Source: Parcubacteria group bacterium (GTDB taxonomy: Bacteria > Patescibacteriota > Minisyncoccia > Moranbacterales > UBA11712). From it: a stretch of 64,000 bases of DNA. The notes beneath the pieces are model-generated. The model was not told the DNA's origin, did not search any database, and saw only the letters and a list, made by a program, of their open reading frames with translations. Location of the stretch: contig JBAZXV010000003.1 in the NCBI GenBank assembly GCA_041659685.1, positions 2,040 to 66,039 of the forward strand, given 5' to 3'. How positions within the stretch are numbered: the first letter of the stretch is position 1; every line of letters starts with the position of its first letter. Positions 9,898 to 17,484 of this stretch are shown here, piece after piece. A program made the translations under genes and the position numbers.

Positions 9898-10416
9898 ATG
9901 GACAAAGAAAAAATTATTCAGCCACATGCCAGAGGCGAATATGATAAACTTAATGATTGCTATGAGGGGTTAGCTCAAAAAGTGACAGACTCATTGAATG
10001 AAACAGAAATTGGGATTTATTCTGATTGTTTTTTGCTTCATGCTAGAAATTTAATTGATTTTTTGTGCAATAAAGAGAAAAAAGACTATTTCAAGTGTCC
10101 AAAATGTAAATTACATATTTCAAGAGGCTATACACCCGATGATGTGGTTGCATCTGATTTCTTCTGCGATAAAAATCCACCCTCGAAAAAAACAGATATC
10201 CTTACCGAAGCAGAATATGACAGAATTAATAAACAACTTTCTCATATAACCCGTGCACGTTTGAAAGGTCAAATTAATTTTTTTGATGAAAGAAAATTAT
10301 TTGAAAGTATCTTTAATAATATTAAGGACGAATTGAAAAATTTTGATCAAAAAATAAATCAAGAATACGATTCATTGAAAGCCCGAGACTTAAGAATAAT
10401 TGACAGAGAATCTTAA
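9898..10416 (+). CDS. hypothetical protein, possibly HEPN-like (CxxC plus R-x6-H motif)
   Basis: 172-aa ORF translationally coupled to 9115..9894. Contains CPKC and RINKQLSH (Rx6H) motifs. The HEPN assignment is an inference only. Confidence 0.5.
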   Translation: MDKEKIIQPHARGEYDKLNDCYEGLAQKVTDSLNETEIGIYSDCFLLHARNLIDFLCNKEKKDYFKCPKCKLHISRGYTPDDVVASDFFCDKNPPSKKTDILTEAEYDRINKQLSHITRARLKGQINFFDERKLFESIFNNIKDELKNFDQKINQEYDSLKARDLRIIDRES

Positions 10417-10426
10417 AAAATTAAAT

Positions 10427-10455
10427 AAAATAGAACTTCTATAGAGTCTCCCAAG
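10427..10455 (+). repeat. degenerate copy of the double-palindrome repeat (AAATAGAACTTCTATAGAGTCTC)
   Basis: Similar to the TAGAAGCTTCTATAGAGGCCTCTA family. Confidence 0.55.
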
Positions 10456-10596
10456 TTTCAATTTGAGCGAAGCACGAGTGAAAAGCAGTTTTTTTGACTA
10501 TTTAGATCTTCTGTGGTAGCCTTTTTCGCTAAAAGTAGGTTACTGCATTAAGCGTATAAATTATTAAGATAGTATCAATTGTGATATAATAAAACT

Positions 10597-11205
10597 ATGT
10601 TTGATGACAGAAAAGCGACACAATTACTGAATTATCTTGCACAAAAAGAAGGTGGCAAGATTAACTTCTTAAAGTCGATGAAACTTGTTTATCTCATTGA
10701 TAAGTTTCATTTGAGAAAATACGGCAAAACAATTACAGGCGACCTTTATTATGCAATGAGTAAGGGTCCAGTTGCTTCAAATACTAAAGATATTTGCAAG
10801 TATATACTTCGAGATGATATGGACTATGGAAAAAATGACTATTATGACAAATACATAAAAAAAGGTCGAGTAAAGTTTACTCTTCAATCTATTCAACAGC
10901 CCGACCTTGAGTATTTCTCCGAAGTAGAGATTGAATCTATAGATGCGGTATATGAACAATTCAAGGGTTTCAGCGGTTTTAAATTAGTTGACATTACTCA
11001 CGACACATTTGAATGGAAATGCAAAAGTGAATTTTTAAAAAAAGGAGCCTTGAGAGAGCAAATGAGGTTAAGTGATTTTTTAATCGATCAAAGATATTCT
11101 GAAAGAAGCCCCTTAAGAATATTCAATACAACAAAAACTGATTTAGAAAGGGTTTCAAAAACTTATGATCTAATTAGAAATACTCGGCTGTCTTGTGAAT
11201 GTTGA
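10597..11205 (+). CDS. Panacea-domain (DUF4065 / SocA-like) protein, putative PanA antitoxin
   Basis: N-terminal region LLNYLAQKEGG..KLVYLID..YG..ITGDLYYAMSKGPV matches the DUF4065 signature (KL.Y.....G......A...GPV). Confidence 0.72.
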   Translation: MFDDRKATQLLNYLAQKEGGKINFLKSMKLVYLIDKFHLRKYGKTITGDLYYAMSKGPVASNTKDICKYILRDDMDYGKNDYYDKYIKKGRVKFTLQSIQQPDLEYFSEVEIESIDAVYEQFKGFSGFKLVDITHDTFEWKCKSEFLKKGALREQMRLSDFLIDQRYSERSPLRIFNTTKTDLERVSKTYDLIRNTRLSCEC

Positions 11206-11214
11206 TTGAATACT

Positions 11215-11673
11215 ATGAAGCGCATCAAGCAGATTGAAGAAGAAATTACTAAGGGTGTTGGTGCAGTTTTCAGATTCATAAACCCAGAATATTCAACGAG
11301 CATTCACCACTTTAAAATTCTTATAGGTATTGATAAATCGAAAGCAAAAGATGTTTTGCTTTTTCTAACCTGCACCTCAAAAAGTATTGTGATGAGAAGC
11401 TATGTGTTGATAAGTAATGTATTAATTATAAATAAAGATGAATATTGCGAATTAAGTGAAGAAACCTCAATTTTATGTAATGATATTGAAACTGTAAATA
11501 TTGATGACCTAGTTGGAAAATATCTCTCAGATTGCGAATTTAAGGTTTGCGAACGAATTAGTGATGATTTGTTAATTCGCATTTACCAAGTTATAAAAGA
11601 TTCGAGAGAGGTTAGCAAAAAACATAAAAAAATTATAAGAAAAAATTTGAACCAGAAAGGGATCATTGATTGA
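11215..11673 (+). CDS. hypothetical protein, candidate cognate toxin of the upstream Panacea antitoxin
   Basis: The ORF begins 10 nt after the stop of 10597..11205. No recognisable domain. The role is inferred from gene-pair architecture. Confidence 0.5.
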   Translation: MKRIKQIEEEITKGVGAVFRFINPEYSTSIHHFKILIGIDKSKAKDVLLFLTCTSKSIVMRSYVLISNVLIINKDEYCELSEETSILCNDIETVNIDDLVGKYLSDCEFKVCERISDDLLIRIYQVIKDSREVSKKHKKIIRKNLNQKGIID

Positions 11674-11700
11674 CGTTGCACAATTAATTCGAAACTATTA

Positions 11701-11778
11701 ACGGCCCGTAAGGCCTGTTTTTCTTTTTTTATGACTCTGTTAAAATGAAATAGAAGCTTCTATAGAGGCCTCTAAAAG
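11701..11778 (+). repeat. composite repeat: GGCCCGTAAGGCC hairpin + T-run, CTCTGTTAAAATGAAA, double palindrome
   Basis: Near-identical to 17322-17390. Confidence 0.75.
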
Positions 11779-11801
11779 TTTCAAATTATAGATTTTTAAA
11801 T

Positions 11802-12410
11802 ATGAAAAATAAATTTCAGATCTGTGTTTGCGGATGGTATTATTATCCAGAGTTTTATAAAGCCCTGCTTAGAGTCAAAGATAAATTCAGCATTATTGTA
11901 ATTGGAAATAAAGAAGGAGAAGTTTTTAATTTGCCTTTTGTCTTGAGAAACAATATCGGTTTGGATTGGGGTGCTTATTCTTTTTTTCTTGATAATAAAT
12001 GGGACGGCAAATCAAATGTTTTGTTTATGCAGGACGATTCAACAGTTTCTGATGGTTTTTTTGAGGAAATGTCCAAAATTTCTTTCGACCAAGCCTTTAT
12101 ATTTCGCAACCAAAAAGAGTTTGAAGAAAATTATAGCCACGGGAGAGCTTTTTTCGCTTCCGGAAAATTTCTTAAAAACTTGAATGAAGATGGCGGGATT
12201 TTGTTTGATGAAGGCAACAATGGTTTCATCGCCAAAGGGACTTCTTGGTCAGAAAAGCCGCCCAAGGGTTGCCAAGACCATAATGCGGGAATAAGAGACT
12301 TTACTTCAAAAGTTAAACGAATCGGTGAAAATAATCCTGAACTATCGGTAAATAAACAAGTTTATTCTGAAAAAGTGCGCTTGGGAAGAAGAGGAGTAAT
12401 CAGTAGATAA
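11802..12410 (+). CDS. hypothetical protein (Cys-rich N-terminus CVCGWYYYPEFY)
   Basis: 202-aa ORF in the AT-rich island. No domain recognised. Confidence 0.5.
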   Translation: MKNKFQICVCGWYYYPEFYKALLRVKDKFSIIVIGNKEGEVFNLPFVLRNNIGLDWGAYSFFLDNKWDGKSNVLFMQDDSTVSDGFFEEMSKISFDQAFIFRNQKEFEENYSHGRAFFASGKFLKNLNEDGGILFDEGNNGFIAKGTSWSEKPPKGCQDHNAGIRDFTSKVKRIGENNPELSVNKQVYSEKVRLGRRGVISR

Positions 12411-12446
12411 TTGATTTGGATAGTGATAAAATAAAAGAAGAAATTT

Positions 12447-13463
12447 ATGGAGAAAAATAATTTTAGCCAAGGCGAGATAGTCATCTATAAAACCCCTCAA
12501 AAAGAGGTGGAATTGAAAGTGCGTTTTGAAAAAGAAAATATCTGGTTGAATCAAAATCAAATCGCCCTACTTTTTGGCACGCAGAGGCCGGCAATCACCA
12601 AACATCTAAAGAATATTTTTGAAAGCGGAGAGCTTAAGGAAAAAGTGGTTAGTTCCATTTTGGAACTAACCACCGAGCATGGGGCCATCAAAGGAAAAAC
12701 GCAAACAAACAAGGTGAAATTTTATAATTTGGACGCTGTCATTTCTGTTGGCTATAGAGTAAATTCCCAAAGAGCCACGCAGTTTCGAATATGGGCGACC
12801 AAAATTTTGAAGCAATATTTGGTCAAGGGCTATGCCATCCATGAAAAACGCCTTTTGGAGACCCAAAGCAAATTTCATGAACTGCAAGAGTCGATTTTGT
12901 TTTTGCAAAAACAGTCAAAAAAGAAATTGCTGAAAGGCCAGGAAACGGAAATTTTGAATTTGCTTTCTGATTATTCCAAGACCCTCACTTTGCTGGAAAA
13001 ATACGACAAAGAAAAACTGGGCAGCCCCAAAGGAGCAAAAACAAAATTTGTTTTGAGATATGCCGATTGCGCGGGAATCATCGCCAAGCTCAAAAAAGAG
13101 CTGATTGCCAAAAAAGAGGCCGGCGATCTGTTCGGGCAGGCAAGAGGCGGAAGTTTTGAGGGGATTATCAAAGGACTTTATCAAACATTCGGCAAAAAAG
13201 AACTTTATCCATTGATCGAGGACAAAGCTTCTCATTTGCTCTATCTCATAATCAAAGATCACCCATTCTCCGACGGCAACAAGCGCTCGGCGGCGTTTTT
13301 GTTCGTCTATTTTTTGGATAAGGCAGACTATCTTTTCAAAAAGTCCGGCGAACGGAAAATCAATGACAACGCGCTCACCGCTTTGGCGCTTCTCATTGCT
13401 GAAAGCAATCCGAAAGACAAGGATGTTTTGATAAAAATCATAACCAACTTATTGGGTGATTGA
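12447..13463 (+). CDS. RhuM-family virulence protein with C-terminal Fic/Doc domain
   Basis: N-terminal RhuM-like block (IWLNQNQIALLFG..RPAITKHLKNIF..FRIWATKILKQYLVKGY) is present. The C-terminal Fic/Doc motif HPFSDGNKRSAAF matches HxFx(D/E)GNxR. Confidence 0.8.
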   Translation: MEKNNFSQGEIVIYKTPQKEVELKVRFEKENIWLNQNQIALLFGTQRPAITKHLKNIFESGELKEKVVSSILELTTEHGAIKGKTQTNKVKFYNLDAVISVGYRVNSQRATQFRIWATKILKQYLVKGYAIHEKRLLETQSKFHELQESILFLQKQSKKKLLKGQETEILNLLSDYSKTLTLLEKYDKEKLGSPKGAKTKFVLRYADCAGIIAKLKKELIAKKEAGDLFGQARGGSFEGIIKGLYQTFGKKELYPLIEDKASHLLYLIIKDHPFSDGNKRSAAFLFVYFLDKADYLFKKSGERKINDNALTALALLIAESNPKDKDVLIKIITNLLGD

Positions 13464-13487
13464 TTTTCTTTGCAAAAAATAATCAAG

Positions 13488-13512
13488 GTAGAAGCTTCTA
13501 TAGAGGCCTCTA
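13488..13512 (+). repeat. double-palindrome repeat TAGAAGCTTCTATAGAGGCCTCTA
   Basis: Perfect copy, two adjacent 12-bp palindromes. Confidence 0.8.
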
Positions 13513-13542
13513 GGAAAATAAGATATGAGAAATAAGAAATAA

Positions 13543-13580
13543 CCCCAGTTGAATGATGCGACAGAGTCGCAATTCAACGG
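13543..13580 (+). promoter_or_regulatory. about 15-bp-arm inverted repeat (GTTGAATGATGCGAC/GTCGCAATTCAAC) abutting the RBS of the small AbrB-like gene
   Basis: Seen directly. A related IR lies upstream of the decayed copy at 20630-20663. Confidence 0.5.
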
Positions 13581-13591
13581 AGTAAAAAAAT

Positions 13592-13762
13592 ATGGCTGAG
13601 AAAAAAGGTATAATCAAGCTTAAGAAAGCGAGTGCGTATAGTTTTTCCGTGACCATCCCGAAAGAAATCATCGAGAAATATAAATGGAGGGAAAAACAAA
13701 AGCTGGTCGTCACCGACAAAGGCCGCGGGAAGATAGAGATCAGCGATTGGCGGAGGAAGTGA
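13592..13762 (+). CDS. small AbrB/MazE/SpoVT-like (looped-hinge helix) DNA-binding protein, multicopy family
   Basis: 56 aa, below the ORF-track cutoff. Motif SFSVTIPKEIIEKY...DKGRGKIEISDWRR resembles the swapped-hairpin AbrB fold. A paralog lies at 18396..18575. Confidence 0.6.
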   Translation: MAEKKGIIKLKKASAYSFSVTIPKEIIEKYKWREKQKLVVTDKGRGKIEISDWRRK

Positions 13763-13820
13763 TCTTGGATAGAAAAACACTTTATTGCAAAAACACCGAA
13801 ATATAATATAATGCTTATAT

Positions 13821-14414
13821 ATGCCAGACACAGACCCATTACAAGATCAGGAAGGATTGTTGAGCATTGAGACTCCGCTAGTGTTCGCAGATGGAACGAC
13901 TTTTTTCAAAAACCTTGCCAAGGACTACATTGTCCATGAAAGAGGTTTTTTTATTTTGGGCCCGTCTGGTGTCGGCAAAAGCCATTATTACCGCAACCAG
14001 AAAGAGGGCGAAAAGCATTGGATCGATGCAGACCGGGTATGGCGCTGGTCCAAAGCGATGCCAAAAGGAGCTTGGTGGGAAAAAGGATTGGAAGTGTCTC
14101 AAGACGTTGAGTCTAAATGCGATATTATTACTGAAGAGGCGAAAAAAAAGGGCTTTTGGCTGATCGGCTCGGCCAATAATTGGCTGGTTCCGGATGCCAT
14201 CGTAATTCCGCATTGGCGCACTCATGTCAAATTCATAAAAAAAAGAGAACTCAATTTTGACGGAGGAGCGCGGTCAACTCCCAAAGATCTGGCCCAGGTA
14301 AAGAGTCACCGAAAATTAATCTCGCTTTGGGCAAAAAAAGGAGTGCCTAAGTTCAATTCCGTTGAGGAAGCGATAATGCACTTGGAAAATATTTATCATA
14401 AAAAATATAAATAA
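13821..14414 (+). CDS. P-loop NTPase (kinase-like) of unknown function
   Basis: Walker A motif GPSGVGKSH is present. The rest of the sequence is not assignable. Confidence 0.6.
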   Translation: MPDTDPLQDQEGLLSIETPLVFADGTTFFKNLAKDYIVHERGFFILGPSGVGKSHYYRNQKEGEKHWIDADRVWRWSKAMPKGAWWEKGLEVSQDVESKCDIITEEAKKKGFWLIGSANNWLVPDAIVIPHWRTHVKFIKKRELNFDGGARSTPKDLAQVKSHRKLISLWAKKGVPKFNSVEEAIMHLENIYHKKYK

Positions 14415-14418
14415 ACTT

Positions 14419-15000
14419 ATGTCAATGCCATCATTGAAAGACAAAAATAAAACAATTTTCTATTTTGGATTTGGCTCCAATAAAGATTTAGCGATGATGC
14501 AGCATATGATTGGCAAGAAAAAGATCAAAGGAATCCGCGGAGTTTTGATCGGCTACGAAATTTGTATCCAGCGGGCAGACCAGTTCAGAACAGATATTCC
14601 GCCAACAACCCCTTATCCGGCTTCTCCAAAGGATTTAATTTTGGAAACCTGGGGACCAAAGTTCGAAATGTATGTTTCTCGTCCAAATCCGACGGGTCTC
14701 GCCTATGGCATGATTTGGGAGCTGACTCCGGAAGACTTGGAACTGGTCAGGGAATGGGAGCTGGTTGATTATGGGGCGCAAGAAGACGCCTGGGGCATTG
14801 CCCTTGATTCCAAAGGCAAAATGTATGAAGTGATTACACAAAGTTTTATGAAACCGCCAATTGATATTGACCGGGTTGTTAAGGGGAAAAAATACCCTGC
14901 ATATATTGCGTCAAAAAAAGCCATGCTCAAACGAGCTGACGAGTTGCGGGAGCAATACTTGAAGCAAAATAAATACAAGAAACCTGTTAAATTTGATTAG
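14419..15000 (+). CDS. gamma-glutamyl cyclotransferase-like (AIG2/GGCT fold) protein
   Basis: N-terminal YFGFGSN motif is characteristic of the GGCT-like family. Confidence 0.65.
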   Translation: MSMPSLKDKNKTIFYFGFGSNKDLAMMQHMIGKKKIKGIRGVLIGYEICIQRADQFRTDIPPTTPYPASPKDLILETWGPKFEMYVSRPNPTGLAYGMIWELTPEDLELVREWELVDYGAQEDAWGIALDSKGKMYEVITQSFMKPPIDIDRVVKGKKYPAYIASKKAMLKRADELREQYLKQNKYKKPVKFD

Positions 15001-15938
15001 ACGAGAGACTCTAATTTTACGGCGAAGGTTCTTGCGCCTACCGAAGTCTCGGCGGTTTTATCAGATGATCTTTTAATAACCAGTCCCCCGCCCTTTTCCA
15101 TCGGTACGAATCCTTTTGCCGGATCGATGCCTGCCAAATGGCTTTTTACCCAGGGACTCAAGTTGTCATAATGCCCGATAGCAAAAATAACGACTCTTTT
15201 TTGAGGGTTGCCCTCTTGGTGCAAATCAACAATTGTGGTGGCAATGCTGACGAAGTGATCAACCCTATCCGAAATATCGGTTGGGCCTTCAGCGCGAAGT
15301 TCCGTGCGCCTTACCTGTTCGGCGTCTTCTTCAAAAGCCTTCCAAAAATCCCTTCCGGCGCCATATCTTTTAACAAGGAAGTTATGAAATTCTTTTTCGC
15401 CCTCGGATCCTAACGGGTGCATGAGCCGGAGGTCGTTCAAGATATTGGTAGCTATCGGCCTGCCGTGCTGTGTCGTCAAGACTTCTTCTGGATCAATATC
15501 ATGCTTCGTCATTGATTTTAGTATGCCGGCTATCGCTCGGTCGCCTGTTTCCATCGCCCTTTGATGGGCACTGCGCAGACCGTTCGGCCCGGGCGTAACC
15601 AAATGTGTTTCGCCGGCAATGACCACCACATCCAAATCGCTGCGCTCCTCCGCGGGGAGAGTGTTGTAAATCTGATCCATGAACGATTCGATGCGTGCTT
15701 CAAATTCCGCGGCTTGTTCCGGATACAAAGCGCCGATTTCCCCGTCCTTGGGGTCTCGTATGTCTTTGACATTCACTATTAGGTTGATAAGAGCAGCGCC
15801 TTTTTCAAATTCCTGAGGAGGCTTCAGATCTTCCTTTTTTACTATGATTCTCTCGGCTTCCGGTATTGCCTCGGCGCTTTCTGAAACGGAAAAACCTTCA
15901 GCTCCATGTATGGGTATTTTTTTAGGTTCTTCGATCAT
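14997..15938 (-). CDS. hypothetical protein
   Basis: 313-aa ORF with no confident domain. There is a weak resemblance to the histidine-phosphatase superfamily C-terminal SHG region. Confidence 0.55.
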   Translation of the reverse strand: MIEEPKKIPIHGAEGFSVSESAEAIPEAERIIVKKEDLKPPQEFEKGAALINLIVNVKDIRDPKDGEIGALYPEQAAEFEARIESFMDQIYNTLPAEERSDLDVVVIAGETHLVTPGPNGLRSAHQRAMETGDRAIAGILKSMTKHDIDPEEVLTTQHGRPIATNILNDLRLMHPLGSEGEKEFHNFLVKRYGAGRDFWKAFEEDAEQVRRTELRAEGPTDISDRVDHFVSIATTIVDLHQEGNPQKRVVIFAIGHYDNLSPWVKSHLAGIDPAKGFVPMEKGGGLVIKRSSDKTAETSVGARTFAVKLESLV

Positions 15939-16091
15939 ATTTGATTCAGTTATGGTATAACAACTTATACGGAAAGACTGCGATTGATCGGCTCATGTCT
16001 GTTATTTTAGCACAACCGCGTCGCAATACAATTATACATAAGACTAATAATATTATAAAATACGGACAATACTGTTAAACTTCGTTAAGGC

Positions 16092-16124
16092 TCGATCTTT
16101 GCAAAGTTTAACAGTTATGAGACT
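16092..16124. promoter_or_regulatory. inverted repeat CTGTTAAACTT-N11-AAGTTTAACAG in a divergent intergenic region
   Basis: Perfect 11-bp arms. Lies between the divergently oriented 14997..15938 (-) and 16343 (+) genes. Confidence 0.4.
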
Positions 16125-16129
16125 GGTTG

Positions 16130-16205
16130 AAATGGAGGCTTCTATCGCCTGCGGCAGAGGCCGCGGCGTGGTTGAAATCTGCGATTGGAGGAAAAGATAA
16201 TTAAC
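16130..16205 (+). pseudogene. decayed remnant: repeat fragment (GAGGCTTCTAT) fused to the AbrB-like gene 3' end (..GRGRGVVEICDWRKR*)
   Basis: Direct similarity to 13700-13762 and 18520-18575. Confidence 0.55.
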
Positions 16206-16212
16206 GATTCCA

Positions 16213-16247
16213 TCTCTTGCCAGCCTCTGCGGGCTGGTTTTTTTGTA
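16213..16247 (+). terminator. rho-independent terminator (CCAGCC..GGCTGG + T7)
   Basis: Hairpin followed by a T-run. Confidence 0.6.
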
Positions 16248-16342
16248 TCCGATGCGGGAGATGATTATATGTTTCAGCCAAAGAAATAATTCCCATAGCC
16301 GGTTTGTATATATATTGTAGAAATAATACGTAAATAAAAACT

Positions 16343-16717
16343 ATGGCTAAGTACGTCGACGGGTTCGTACTTCCCGTTCCGAAGAAAAATATCGCAAGCT
16401 ATCGCAAAATGGCCCAAATAGGAGCCAGGGTTTGGAAAAAATATGGAGCGATCGAGTATATCGAGGCGGTCGGCGAAGATCTTAATCCCAAGTCGATGGG
16501 GATGAAATTCCTCACCTTTGCGAAAATAGCCAAGGCAAAGCCGGGAGAAACAGTGGTTTTTTCGTTTATTGTCTTCAAATCGCGCAAGCATCGCGATCAG
16601 GTGAATGCCAAGGTCATGAAAGCGATGATGAGCGACCCGAAAAGTAAAGACATGCAGATGCCGTTCGATATGAAACGCATGGCCTACGGCGGATTCGAGG
16701 TGATCGCCCAAAGCTAG
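16343..16717 (+). CDS. DUF1428 family protein
   Basis: MAKYVDGFVLPVPKKN...YIE.VGEDL matches the DUF1428 N-terminal signature. Confidence 0.8.
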   Translation: MAKYVDGFVLPVPKKNIASYRKMAQIGARVWKKYGAIEYIEAVGEDLNPKSMGMKFLTFAKIAKAKPGETVVFSFIVFKSRKHRDQVNAKVMKAMMSDPKSKDMQMPFDMKRMAYGGFEVIAQS

Positions 16718-16783
16718 TTGAAACATCAAAGTTGAGGTTTTGAAATTATATTTCTAATTTTTAAATGACGGATATTCAACCAT

Positions 16784-17275
16784 ATGCAAAAAATAACACC
16801 AAATTTGTGGTTCGACTCGCAAGCTGAAGAAGCTGCGAACTTCTACGTTTCCGTTTTCAATGATTCAAAGATCAAAAAAATTTCTCGCTACCCCAAAGCG
16901 TCCGAGTCCGTTTCGGGGAAAACCGCTGGCAGCGTCATGACAGTGGCATTCGAAATCGAAGGACAGGATTTTTTGGCCTTGAACGGCGGGCCCCAATTCA
17001 AATTCAGTGAAGCTGTTTCTTTCATTGTGAACTGCGAGGATCAGGAGGAAGTTGATTACTATTGGGAGAAACTCACCGAAGGAGGAGATGAAAAAGATCA
17101 AATTTGCGGGTGGCTGAAGGACAAATTCGGCCTGAGCTGGCAGATCGTGCCCAAAAGACTCGAAGAATTGATGAGCGATTCCGATCCCGAAAAAGTTGAA
17201 AGGGTCACGGCGGTCTTTCTCGAGATGAAGAAGATTGTTGTCGCGGATCTCGAAAAAGCCTTCAGAGGAAAATAG
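16784..17275 (+). CDS. VOC (glyoxalase/PhnB-like) family protein
   Basis: ITPNLWFD..AEEA.NFYVSVF....V.FE..GQ.F.ALNGGP matches the PhnB/3-demethylubiquinone-9 3-methyltransferase-like VOC family. Confidence 0.8.
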   Translation: MQKITPNLWFDSQAEEAANFYVSVFNDSKIKKISRYPKASESVSGKTAGSVMTVAFEIEGQDFLALNGGPQFKFSEAVSFIVNCEDQEEVDYYWEKLTEGGDEKDQICGWLKDKFGLSWQIVPKRLEELMSDSDPEKVERVTAVFLEMKKIVVADLEKAFRGK

Positions 17276-17321
17276 CCTTCGGACACGACTTCGATTTGAT
17301 TTTCAAGTAGGAAACAGACTG

Positions 17322-17390
17322 ATTGCCTGTTTTTCTTTTTTTGCGGCTCTGTTAAAATGAAATAGAAGCTTCTATAGAGCCCTCTATGAT
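17322..17390 (+). repeat. composite repeat: GCCTGTTTTTCTTTTTTT, CTCTGTTAAAATGAAA, double palindrome
   Basis: Near-identical to 11701-11778. Confidence 0.75.
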
Positions 17391-17484
17391 TCGACTTTAG
17401 CGAAGCGTTAAGGCTTTTTTCTTGAAAAAAAGCGGTTTTCGGGATAGGATGAAGATATAATCCAGGGTTGTTCAAACAAATTTT

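Noticed and set aside
13510-13839. Minus-strand ORFs 13510..13839, 13574..13831, 18287..18571 and 18345..18584 from the ORF track
   Set aside because: They are antisense mirror images of the duplicated AbrB-like gene and its repeats, conserved only because the + strand element is duplicated. They have no RBS and unusual composition.
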